A stretch of 43,264 nt of DNA from a virus: UHGV virus genome UHGV-0230044, one strand, 5' to 3'. Both the position numbers and the translations under genes were made by a program. Below are positions 8,699-16,552 of this stretch, in pieces. The first letter of the stretch is position 1. The number at the start of each line of letters is the position of its first letter. The notes under the pieces were generated by a model. That model saw only the letters and a program-made list of their open reading frames with translations, was not told the DNA's origin and ran no database searches.

Positions 8699-8865
8699 GG
8701 TAAATCTGGATATCTTGCATAAAGTGGAAGTCCATCGTGGTACTTTCTCAACGCTTTATGCGCTTGCCGCGCCTCTTTCCCATGCGAAAAAGTAGGCTTT
8801 GCAATTTCGCTTAAAATTTCCCCGTACGACATCCCGTCGTATTTAGATGCTTTCATTTTTCTCAC
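8629..8865 (-). CDS. hypothetical protein (overlaps 3' end of 8318-8698; one of the two may be spurious)
   Basis: 78-aa ORF tightly coupled downstream of the excisionase. C-terminal hydrophobic segment. Confidence 0.3.
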   Translation of the reverse strand: MRKMKASKYDGMSYGEILSEIAKPTFSHGKEARQAHKALRKYHDGLPLYARYPDLPYLMCAFAGGFSAATVAICFLSM

Positions 8866-8874
8866 TTGCCTTTC

Positions 8875-9057
8875 TCACAACCTTCCTGTTGTTCTTCGTG
8901 AATCCTCGAATGCTTTAAGATCATCCTCGGAAATCCGATATTCTTTACCAATGCGGATAGCCGGGAGCTTTTTTGTTCTGATCCAATCCCATACGGTGAT
9001 GATTTTCACGCCGTATCTCTCTGCGATTTCTCCGCAGTTATACATCTTTGACAACAT
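8875..9057 (-). CDS. xis: excisionase-like HTH_17 DNA-binding protein
   Basis: The internal ATG is preceded by RBS GGAGGTGAT. Product is 60 aa with YNCGEIAERYGVKIITVWDWIRTKKLPAIRIG, a MerR/Xis-type helix-turn-helix. Confidence 0.6.
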   Translation of the reverse strand: MLSKMYNCGEIAERYGVKIITVWDWIRTKKLPAIRIGKEYRISEDDLKAFEDSRRTTGRL

Positions 9058-9457
9058 ATCACCTCCATCATTGTTGTGTTTCGTTCGGTTTTGTGTTACC
9101 ATTGTTATGCCTAAACGGCAAAGGAAGGAGTGGTTATCATTGACCAAACTTTTGAATTTGCCTGTTCCCTTTGCTTCTAACCCGCCCACACTGAAACCTC
9201 GACAGTCAAAACAGGTCAAAGGCGGCTCTGGTTGTTTTGTCAACGATTAGGCATGCTGCAGAACCAAGACTGCTAAAGTGACAAGGTACTTCAAGAAGCA
9301 TTTGGCACCATCATATGCGGCTCATGCCTGCAAAGTACATAGGGTAAACAAATTTGGAAAAGAACTGTTCAGAATGGTGCTCTGGGCAGTTTCTTTTTAT
9401 TTGCTGTTAGGGACGAGACCCCTAGCAGTTTCTTTTTGCATCAAATTCGATAAAAGA

Positions 9458-9493
9458 CTGATGAAACCGACACTTTCATCAGTTTTCTTTTTT
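9458..9493 (+). terminator. rho-independent terminator-like hairpin (CTGATGAAA-ccgacac-TTTCATCAG + TTTTCTTTTTT)
   Basis: Perfect 9-bp stem followed by a T-run on the plus strand. Confidence 0.5.
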
Positions 9494-9697
9494 ATCCAGA
9501 ATAGCGCTCTGGGCAATTTTGGCAAGATACTGATAGGAAACGCACTCCTGTCAGTATTTTCCTCCTCCAACCTTTTACATCAATTTACTCTACTGGTACA
9601 TAAATTAATTTTGTTCAAAATCCCTTTTGCTTCTTTTCAAAATGTGCTATTCTTTTTCCATAAACTTAATACAACATCACATTAAGAAAGGACTTTT

Positions 9698-10213
9698 ATG
9701 TACTTAGTAATATTTATTGCTGGAATTGCAATCATTAAATTTGTATTGAATTTTTCTAGGCTCATTGAAACACTTATAATTTTCCGTATTTTTCAAAAAC
9801 AGCCTAAAAACGTAGCGCAATATTGCCCATTTGCGACTGCTTTATTTAACGCAGCAGGAACCCAGCAAGTCATCATTTCTACCATACGCACTAATGGACT
9901 TTCCCAAGCCAGGCAAGATTACATTTCAAATTCCCTAGATAAAAAAGATTCTTATTTTGCGCTTGAAACTATTTTTCAAAAAACCATTGGTGTTTATAAA
10001 TTTCGTATATCGCAAAGCGTAAATCCTTTTTACTGGTTATTTCTACCAAAATACCTGCTCATGAGCTATTCAATAGAATTTCCATCTTTTATTGAAGCAT
10101 TGCTCAATCTTGTCTATTGGTTTCTTGGCGTTGTCCTTTCATATTTTCTAGGAAAATATTTAGATCTTCATTATCAGGATCTTGTTTCGTACATACGCAG
10201 TATGCTGATATGA
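9698..10213 (+). CDS. AT-rich moron-like membrane protein
   Basis: RBS AAGAAAGGA before the ATG. Hydrophobic segments at both ends. Very AT-rich compared with neighbouring phage genes. Confidence 0.4.
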   Translation: MYLVIFIAGIAIIKFVLNFSRLIETLIIFRIFQKQPKNVAQYCPFATALFNAAGTQQVIISTIRTNGLSQARQDYISNSLDKKDSYFALETIFQKTIGVYKFRISQSVNPFYWLFLPKYLLMSYSIEFPSFIEALLNLVYWFLGVVLSYFLGKYLDLHYQDLVSYIRSMLI

Positions 10214-10341
10214 GAAATGCCCTTATCTCTTTTCTCTCTCGGCTACTGCGGCAATTTCGCAGTCTTATCACTTCATCAAACATTGCTTGATAAAGTACTG
10301 CTTTAATCTTTTCTGGATCTGTATCTAAAAATACAGGCTCA

Positions 10342-10563
10342 TTAATCTGTCTTATTTCTGCTCACCTCCCCTTTATCTCCTTCCAGAAAATACTCAATAC
10401 TTACTCCAAAGTAATTTGCCAGCTTCTGTAGCTTGTCGACCTTTGGCTCGCTTCTCCCACTTTTCCAATCTGAAAAAGTAGATTTTGGGATTCCTGTATC
10501 AGATGCAACTCTGTAATCAGTGACGCCTAAAGAATCGCGGAGCTGCACATACTTTTTATACAA
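10342..10563 (-). CDS. cro: Cro-like XRE-family HTH regulator
   Basis: TTG start preceded by GAGGTG. HTH DYRVASDTGIPKSTFSDWKSGRSEPKVDKLQKLANYFGVSIEYF. Divergent from the ImmR-like gene. Confidence 0.7.
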   Translation of the reverse strand: MYKKYVQLRDSLGVTDYRVASDTGIPKSTFSDWKSGRSEPKVDKLQKLANYFGVSIEYFLEGDKGEVSRNKTD

Positions 10564-10600
10564 AATATCACCTCTTTCCTTAACAGACTATTGCTTTTAG

Positions 10601-10655
10601 TTCGGAAATGTGATATAGTTCAATTGTCAGATTAAAAGATTCACATTTCCGAACC
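10601..10655 (+). promoter_or_regulatory. operator: perfect 14-bp inverted repeat GTTCGGAAATGTGA ... TCACATTTCCGAAC in the cro/cI intergenic region
   Basis: Seen directly in the sequence. Direct repeats GATTTCATAAATA (x2) lie at 10727-10768. Confidence 0.55.
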
Positions 10656-10786
10656 GATTATGAAAATCATATTAATTCGCTTGTTATATTTATGATTTCC
10701 TAACCATGTGTAAACTATAGCACGGATTTCATAAATAGTCAAGCGTTTTGATTGTGATTTCATAAATATTTTTTAAGGAGTCCACT

Positions 10787-11170
10787 ATGTACGAAATATT
10801 TGCGAAATTACTGGAAGAACGTGGCGTTACAGCTTACAAAGTTTCAAAAGCAACTGGAATTGCTGGCTCTACTTTTTCAGATTGGAAAAATGGAAGAAGC
10901 ACTCCCAAGCAAGATAAGCTACAGAAAATTGCTGATTATTTCGGCGTGTCTGTTGACTTCTTAATAACAGGGAAGGAGGAAACTGCCGTTGCACAAGAAA
11001 CACATGTTGATTTAAAAGCGGAATTTAACCGCATCAAGAAACTGTTGGAAAGCGGGGAAAACGCACCGTTGTATTTTGACGGTCAGCCCGCAGATCAGGA
11101 GAGCATCAACTTGCTGCTCGATCAGATCAAGATATCTGTTGCGCTTATGGAACGTATGCGCAAAAAATAG
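10787..11170 (+). CDS. CI/ImmR-like XRE-family repressor
   Basis: RBS AAGGAG. N-terminal HTH AYKVSKATGIAGSTFSDWKNGRSTPKQDKLQKIADYFGVSVDFL is paralogous to the Cro-like HTH. C-terminal extension present. Followed by ImmA. Confidence 0.75.
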   Translation: MYEIFAKLLEERGVTAYKVSKATGIAGSTFSDWKNGRSTPKQDKLQKIADYFGVSVDFLITGKEETAVAQETHVDLKAEFNRIKKLLESGENAPLYFDGQPADQESINLLLDQIKISVALMERMRKK

Positions 11171-11182
11171 GAGAAGTGGAAC

Positions 11183-11620
11183 ATGACAGATGCAAAAAGG
11201 ACAGCCGCAGAGCTATCAAATATGTATCATACAAATGACCCCATTGATCTCGCCGATCATCTGGGAGTATATACACAGGTTGGACCTTTGGGTAAGATAT
11301 ACGGATGCTGTTTAACCATAGCGGGTGAACGCTTCATTTATATAAACAGCGATCTGGATAAGTCTACACAAAAGATGGTTGCGGCCCATGAGCTGGGTCA
11401 CGCCGTAATGCATCAGGAAGATTACTTCTTTTTTAACTGGATGCCGGACAGCTTGCACCGGAACCGTGCAGAGATCGAAGCGCACACTTTTGCTGTTGAG
11501 CTGCTTGTACCGGACAGTGTTGTGCTGGATCATCCAGGTTTTACTTTAGCGCAGCTATCCGCATTAACCGGATACGCAGAAAATTTCTTAAAATTCAAAA
11601 AAGTAGGGGGAGTATTATGA
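11183..11620 (+). CDS. immA: ImmA/IrrE-family metallopeptidase (anti-repressor protease)
   Basis: HEXXH motif AAHELGHAVMH. Positioned directly after the XRE repressor. Confidence 0.8.
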   Translation: MTDAKRTAAELSNMYHTNDPIDLADHLGVYTQVGPLGKIYGCCLTIAGERFIYINSDLDKSTQKMVAAHELGHAVMHQEDYFFFNWMPDSLHRNRAEIEAHTFAVELLVPDSVVLDHPGFTLAQLSALTGYAENFLKFKKVGGVL

Positions 11621-12066
11621 AGCTGAAATTGAATCCTGACGAAAAAACTATATATCAATGCAAGCCGCACTGGATCGCGTTTGTTGTGCCTTCCATTGTA
11701 GCGATTTTCTTTTTTCTTTTGTTTGCGACAGACTTAACAAATACAAGCAGCAGTGCAAGTTCCAATTTGACATTTTTTGTCATTTTTCTGTTATCGCTTG
11801 TCCCGATTATAAGGCTTAAAGCAATGATTTTGATCTTGACTGATAAAAGAGTCTTTGGAAGAACCGGAATCGTAAAGACAAAGTCCTTAACTATGCCGTT
11901 AAACCAAGTTAACACTGTAAATTTAACGCACAGTGTGCTGGGAAGGATTTTGAAGTACGGAACGATCCAAATCAGTGCTGTAACCGGAGTGTACCGTTTC
12001 CCTAAAATGCAAAATCCGGAAGAAATGCAAAATGCGATCATAAACAAAGTATCCAACAACAAATAA
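11617..12066 (+). CDS. membrane protein with bacterial PH (bPH_2/YdbT-like) domain
   Basis: Start overlaps the ImmA stop (ATGA). Two transmembrane helices are followed by LTDKRVFGRTGIVKTKSLTMPLNQVNTVNL, a bPH_2-like pattern. Confidence 0.6.
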   Translation: MKLKLNPDEKTIYQCKPHWIAFVVPSIVAIFFFLLFATDLTNTSSSASSNLTFFVIFLLSLVPIIRLKAMILILTDKRVFGRTGIVKTKSLTMPLNQVNTVNLTHSVLGRILKYGTIQISAVTGVYRFPKMQNPEEMQNAIINKVSNNK

Positions 12067-12223
12067 AAAAACGCCCGGCGCTACCAACACCAGACGTTTT
12101 AGGAGTGTGATATTATCGCAAACCTACACCCGTATAATATCACATTTCCAGGCAGTCACGCAAGATAAAATATGTAAAAATCTGGTGGCTGTATTTTTTA
12201 TACCCAAAAAGGAGTGTGCGACT

Positions 12224-13465
12224 ATGGCAAAAGCAAAAAAATTACCCTCAGGATCATGGCGTGTACTGGTGTTTGACCACTACGAGCCTGTCTTAAATCC
12301 AGACGGAACACCCGTCATGCAAAACGGAAAACCGAAGCAAAAAAGAATCTACCAGTCCTTTACAGATGATGACCCATCAATTAAAGGGCGCAAACGGGTC
12401 GAATTGGCAGCTGCACAATACATGGCAGAGAAAGATTCACGTGAAGCGGAAAGGCGCAACCAAGAGGCGAATATGACGCTTAGAGGGGCGGCAGAAAAAT
12501 ATATAGATCTGTGCAGAACATTAAAAAGGTCTCCATCCACCATAGAAGACTATGAGTGCATCATGCGGAACGGGTTCCAGGATCTTTTTAGCATGCGCCT
12601 GTGTGACATATCAGAAGAGCTTCTACAAAATGCTATAGCCAAAGAAGCGCAGCGGCCTGTCAACGGGAAACCAGGCAAGACCCTTACAGCAAAACGGCTA
12701 AAAAATGAATGGGGCTTTGTATCCTCTGTACTCCACAAGTACACAAACATCCGCACCGACAATCTGCAATTACCTACACCAACGCAAAGAATGGTTGATC
12801 TTCCGGATGCAAAAACAGTAATGGATATAGTACGCGGCACCGAAATGGAGCTGCCGGTGCTGCTTGCAATGTGGCTGTCGTTCACCGCATCGGAGATCCG
12901 CGGTCTTACAAAATCCAAATCAATTAATGGTGATTACATAACAATAAAAGAGACAGTTATTACCGTAAAAGGAAAAGCTGTAAGAAAAGAGACAGCAAAG
13001 AACAACACGAGAAAACGCAAACACAAAATACCGGCTTATATAAAAGGTCTGATCGACAAGGTTCCTGGAGATGTACTGGTGCCGATGACTGACGTTTCAC
13101 TGCACCACCGCTGGAAACGCTTGCAAAAAAGCTACGGTATAAAAGACCCTATCACGTTTCACGACCTCAGACATCTTAATGCCTCAGTAATGGCCCTGCT
13201 GCAAATACCGGACAAATACGCTCAGGAGCGCGGTGGCTGGAAGTCGGATGCTGTCATGAAAAAGATCTACATGCAGACATTTTCGTCAGAGCGGCAAAAG
13301 GTTGATGATAAAATTGACAGCTACTTTGAGAGCATCGTGGGAACCGAAAAAAGCGAAAAAGAATCCATAAAAGAAGTTGTGAACCGGCTGAAAAAAGAAG
13401 ATCCAGAGGGATGGAAAAAAGCCATTTTAGAAGCTATGCAACACGAAATGCAACACGCGCAATAA
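12224..13465 (+). CDS. int: tyrosine integrase
   Basis: RBS AAGGAG before ATG at 12224. C-terminal catalytic region FHDLRHLNASVMAL...RGGWKSDAVMKKIYMQ carries the R..HxxR..Y signature. Confidence 0.9.
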   Translation: MAKAKKLPSGSWRVLVFDHYEPVLNPDGTPVMQNGKPKQKRIYQSFTDDDPSIKGRKRVELAAAQYMAEKDSREAERRNQEANMTLRGAAEKYIDLCRTLKRSPSTIEDYECIMRNGFQDLFSMRLCDISEELLQNAIAKEAQRPVNGKPGKTLTAKRLKNEWGFVSSVLHKYTNIRTDNLQLPTPTQRMVDLPDAKTVMDIVRGTEMELPVLLAMWLSFTASEIRGLTKSKSINGDYITIKETVITVKGKAVRKETAKNNTRKRKHKIPAYIKGLIDKVPGDVLVPMTDVSLHHRWKRLQKSYGIKDPITFHDLRHLNASVMALLQIPDKYAQERGGWKSDAVMKKIYMQTFSSERQKVDDKIDSYFESIVGTEKSEKESIKEVVNRLKKEDPEGWKKAILEAMQHEMQHAQ

Positions 13466-13662
13466 AAAATGGCTTAAATAAGCCATTTTTCAAGAGCAGA
13501 TAACGGGAATCGAACCCGTTAAAGTAAAAACTCACAAACCCGCGAAAACACTGAAATCTAGCATTTATGCGGGTTTGCGAGTTATAAATATTTATCACTT
13601 GCTCTATAAATATATCACAAATAATATATTTTTGCTTTCTATGCAACACGAAATGCAACACG
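13434..13662. mobile_element. attP-like region: tRNA 3'-end fragment (13497-13525, minus) flanked by 24-bp direct repeats CTATGCAACACGAAATGCAACACG (13434-13457, 13639-13662)
   Basis: Minus strand reads ACGGG-TTCGATT-CCCGT-TATCTGC, i.e. T-arm plus acceptor 3' strand. Each 24-mer contains two ATGCAACACG units, candidate arm-type integrase sites. A 10-bp inverted repeat CAAACCCGCG/CGCGGGTTTG lies at 13535-13582. Confidence 0.5.
13465..13491 (+). terminator. hairpin AATGGCTTA-aat-TAAGCCATT followed by TTTTT after int
   Basis: Perfect 9-bp stem plus T-run, seen in the sequence. Confidence 0.6.
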
Positions 13663-13694
13663 ACTGCTGCAATGGGTAGATAGGTGGTGCATCC

Positions 13695-13850
13695 ATGCGT
13701 TATCTTTCCCAGCGTTATTCCATGCCATATAAGGAATGCAAGGCAGTCCTTACAGATATTGGTACAGAAGAACTGGCTCATCTGGAGATTGTGACGACTA
13801 TTATAGTACTAATCCTGGATAGTGGAGAGCGCCGTCCTGGTCAGGAGTAA
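13695..13850 (+). pseudogene. truncated Mn-catalase/CotJC-like gene remnant
   Basis: The 51-codon ORF MRYLSQRYSMPYKECKAVLTDIGTEELAHLEIVTT matches the N-terminal LRYLNQRY...LTDIGTEELAHLEM motif of Mn catalase. A stop lies 4 codons upstream of the ATG and the 3' end runs antisense into the lysin gene. Confidence 0.4.
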
Positions 13851-14601
13851 GTACTACTGGTTCAGTTGCCATGCGACCGTCCTGATTCAGGTAGTACCAC
13901 TTGCCATTGATTGTCTGTAAGCCCTTTAGCATGGCCCCGTCGGAGCCGAGATAGTACCAAGACCCTTTGTATTGATACCAGACATCATGAACCATCATGC
14001 CGGCACCGTCGAACCAGTACCAGAGTTCTCCGTCTTTGTACCAGTCATTGGAAACATACTTCCCAGATCCGTCTTTTAAATAGAAGCGCCAGCCGCCATT
14101 TTCCTGCTGCCAGCCTTCTATGATCTTCGGCTTTTCCACGGCTGACCAGGTTTTCATAAACTCTTCCGGAGTTTTATAGAGCTTTTTAATCCCACTGGTA
14201 CCACTTCCCCAGTCTGGAAGTTGAAAATGTGGTTTATCTACAATACTCTTCCAGTTTCCACCCCATTCCAAGCCGATGGATGTGCCGATCGCGCCAACCT
14301 TGCTAAAAAATCCATCTGAATCATAATAGGCGCCGCGGCCATCTGCACGATAAATGTCGAAGGCTGTACCCCACTGGTGATAACTGCTGTAACTGCTGCC
14401 TGGGGCATTGGTCACGATATTTCCCGGTTTTGTACGCCCCTGAGCATATAAATTATCTTGCTCTGCTTTTGTCCTGAGAGTTTCCCCGATTTTGATCTGC
14501 AAGCCTTTGGCGGCACACTTGGAAATCAATTCTGTTGCCAGCTTCTGTAAACGTGGATGGCATAAAGTAATATCTCTCATAATTTCGCCTTTCTTTTGCA
14601 C
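13801..14601 (-). CDS. endolysin: M15-family peptidase domain plus C-terminal cell-wall-binding repeats
   Basis: N-terminal VanY/M15-like region with H..D, SYHQWGTAFD and KPHFQ. C-terminal WYYLGSDGAMLKG / GKWYYLNQDG repeats of CW_binding_1 type. GTG start at 14601; the ATG at 14580 has a better RBS. Confidence 0.8.
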   Translation of the reverse strand: MQKKGEIMRDITLCHPRLQKLATELISKCAAKGLQIKIGETLRTKAEQDNLYAQGRTKPGNIVTNAPGSSYSSYHQWGTAFDIYRADGRGAYYDSDGFFSKVGAIGTSIGLEWGGNWKSIVDKPHFQLPDWGSGTSGIKKLYKTPEEFMKTWSAVEKPKIIEGWQQENGGWRFYLKDGSGKYVSNDWYKDGELWYWFDGAGMMVHDVWYQYKGSWYYLGSDGAMLKGLQTINGKWYYLNQDGRMATEPVVLTPDQDGALHYPGLVL

Positions 14602-14610
14602 CGGTGAAAC

Positions 14611-14742
14611 TTAGTATTTTTCTCCGGTCAACTCCTGATACTCTTCTTCTGTCAGTTTTCCAGCCTGTACCAAAGTTCTAAGTCTATCTTTGTCCCAATA
14701 TTTTGGATAGTATTTTTCAGCCAGGTTCTTTACACTTAACAT
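14611..14742 (-). CDS. XkdX-family small phage protein
   Basis: Not in the ORF track because it is only 43 aa. Translation MLSVKNLAEKYYPKYWDKDRLRTLVQAGKLTEEEYQELTGEKY matches XkdX. RBS GGAGGAG. Confidence 0.6.
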   Translation of the reverse strand: MLSVKNLAEKYYPKYWDKDRLRTLVQAGKLTEEEYQELTGEKY

Positions 14743-14754
14743 ATGCGCTCCTCC

Positions 14755-15237
14755 TTATAAATCGGTTCCTGTCATTACAGCCAAAAAGTCTATGTCAGCT
14801 CTATTGTGTTTCACCTGTTCTGTCACTCCTGGTTGGGACAGAATCAGTGTCACAGCCCTGCCCGTTACAGCTTCAGCTTTTACGCTGCCGTCATCGTTAT
14901 ACGTTGTAGGCTGTATCTGTGCATTGTCATTTACGCTCTTGGGATTGCCCAAAACAGTATAGCCATCATACACGGATAATGTCTCCCCAGTGCTATTGAT
15001 GATTTTTATCTGATCTGTGTTGGCAGCGTTAGAAAAGATGGCAATCAGATCTTCAAGGTTGTCAGCCGACAAAAATGTCAGCTTAAGGCTGTCACTAAAC
15101 GCATCAAGCCCGTTTACTACTAAATCAAATTCTTTTTTATTTTTTAACTTTAATTTTTCATTCATTCTTTTTTTCCTTTCTTTTTCCTTTGTACTCAACT
15201 TGTAAATTCTGTTTACATCTTCCGATTTTTCTTCCAC
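14755..15237 (-). CDS. hypothetical tail-associated protein (XkdW-position)
   Basis: 160-aa ORF lying between the tail fibre and XkdX. Confidence 0.45.
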   Translation of the reverse strand: MEEKSEDVNRIYKLSTKEKERKKRMNEKLKLKNKKEFDLVVNGLDAFSDSLKLTFLSADNLEDLIAIFSNAANTDQIKIINSTGETLSVYDGYTVLGNPKSVNDNAQIQPTTYNDDGSVKAEAVTGRAVTLILSQPGVTEQVKHNRADIDFLAVMTGTDL

Positions 15238-15561
15238 ATAGTTGTTCCGCTATATAGTAATTTAACGCGGAAATATTATAGCATTAATTCCCAGTTATCA
15301 AACCCCATACTTGAAGTATACGGGAATATTTGCGTATTACAATACTGCAATGCAATATGGACATCATCAGATCGTATTCCATCTGGATTTTATCCAAAAA
15401 TATTGTCTGGTATATGGGCTCCTGTATCCAGTTCTGATGACCTAAATATTGCTAACGAATACAGGCTATGCATACAAAGTAACGGAGCTGTGGGATTACA
15501 GAAAAACGGAACTAATGTTTCGGATAATACAAGTATTCGTGGACAGGCCATATGGATTATA

Positions 15562-15838
15562 TGATCATTTAAATAAATTTATAGCAGTTATTAGCGCGAA
15601 TCCTTTAATGTATACTTCGTACTGTCTTGTATCTTTATTAAAAGTTACACTATCGGGGCTATCTCCATTAATAGAAGCGTATCTTGCGACAGACTCCCAT
15701 GTTTTTGATAGAATCCCGCAAATTATGTTAACAGCTGCACCTGATGAATCATATTTAAATCCAATAAGAAAGAAACTGTCTCGACTGTTTTTGGCAGGAA
15801 TTTTTAATGTGGCCCCACTACCATTACTACAATATGCG
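15562..15838 (-). pseudogene. start-less +1-frame continuation of tail-fibre ORF (frameshift, programmed or error)
   Basis: Open frame of about 92 codons (ADAYCSNGSGATLKIPAKN...IKGFALITAINLFK) with no ATG, GTG or TTG. It overlaps the upstream ORF end inside the A-rich run GTGAAAAATAATCAATTTAAATATAAAAGC. Confidence 0.35.
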
Positions 15839-16552
15839 TCAGCTTTTATATTTAAATTGATTATTTTTCACGACAACAAGGTAACTAATATAAAAGGAAT
15901 AATCGGAACCAACTGGCGATGTTGTATACGTCTTAAAAGTGGCACCATTATTTTTAACGCTCATTACTTTACAGCCAGCTCCTACATACCCTTGTCCGCC
16001 GCATAATGTCGCAATAACAATAGGATCAGTATAACTTTTTTGAAAACTAATAGATGTGTTGACTTCTTTTGACGATGGATTTATCGGAATTGCGTCAGTT
16101 ACGCCAACTTCTGCGATTTTTATTAAACTGTTTAAATTACTATCTAGCTGATCAATGCTCTGGTTCATGGCGTAGGCCAGTGCCGCAGAAACACCTTTAG
16201 TCGCGTCATTAGTCTGCACACTTACCAGATCGCTGATTTTAAGTAGCTTAGTGGCAGCCTGATCTACTACCCAATCTATCAAATCCTGTGCAGAAACTGT
16301 ACCGCCCACTTCTCCAAGCACTCCGCTGGTATCCTCTGCCTGTACTGATGCCAGGGCTGTAGGGTTAAAGCCTTTTGCCATCAGCTGATAATTAATGTGA
16401 TCATCTGTAGGTGTGATGCCTTGTACAGTCTTCAAGGTAATATACGTACTGTTTTCATACATTACCATTGTAAGTTGTTCATATGCTGTTTCCGGATTGT
16501 ATTCTCCACCATTGGTAAGCATCCACTTACCAAGATCTGTTGTGCTTGCCAC
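15839..16552 (-). CDS. tail fibre / receptor-binding protein (distal part)
   Basis: 237 aa, beta-rich with no low-complexity. Position is after the tail spike gene. Confidence 0.5.
   Translation of the reverse strand: MASTTDLGKWMLTNGGEYNPETAYEQLTMVMYENSTYITLKTVQGITPTDDHINYQLMAKGFNPTALASVQAEDTSGVLGEVGGTVSAQDLIDWVVDQAATKLLKISDLVSVQTNDATKGVSAALAYAMNQSIDQLDSNLNSLIKIAEVGVTDAIPINPSSKEVNTSISFQKSYTDPIVIATLCGGQGYVGAGCKVMSVKNNGATFKTYTTSPVGSDYSFYISYLVVVKNNQFKYKS

Noticed and set aside
9278-9685. 135-aa plus-strand ORF in the AT-rich insert
   Set aside because: The translation is low-complexity (runs of F/L/S) and spans hairpins and a terminator. The region is more likely non-coding or structured RNA.
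13497-13582. Complete tRNA or tmRNA gene at the att site
   Set aside because: Only the T-arm and the acceptor 3' strand are present. No complementary 5' acceptor strand (GCAGATA) occurs nearby. The adjacent 10-bp inverted repeat has a 26-nt loop and does not fold as a tRNA.
13434-13781. 115-aa minus-strand ORF across the att region
   Set aside because: It runs through the int terminator, the tRNA fragment and the arm repeats. There is no RBS and the sequence is low-complexity.
15449-16006. 185-aa plus-strand ORF
   Set aside because: It is antisense to the tail-fibre ORF and its +1-frame continuation. No RBS.
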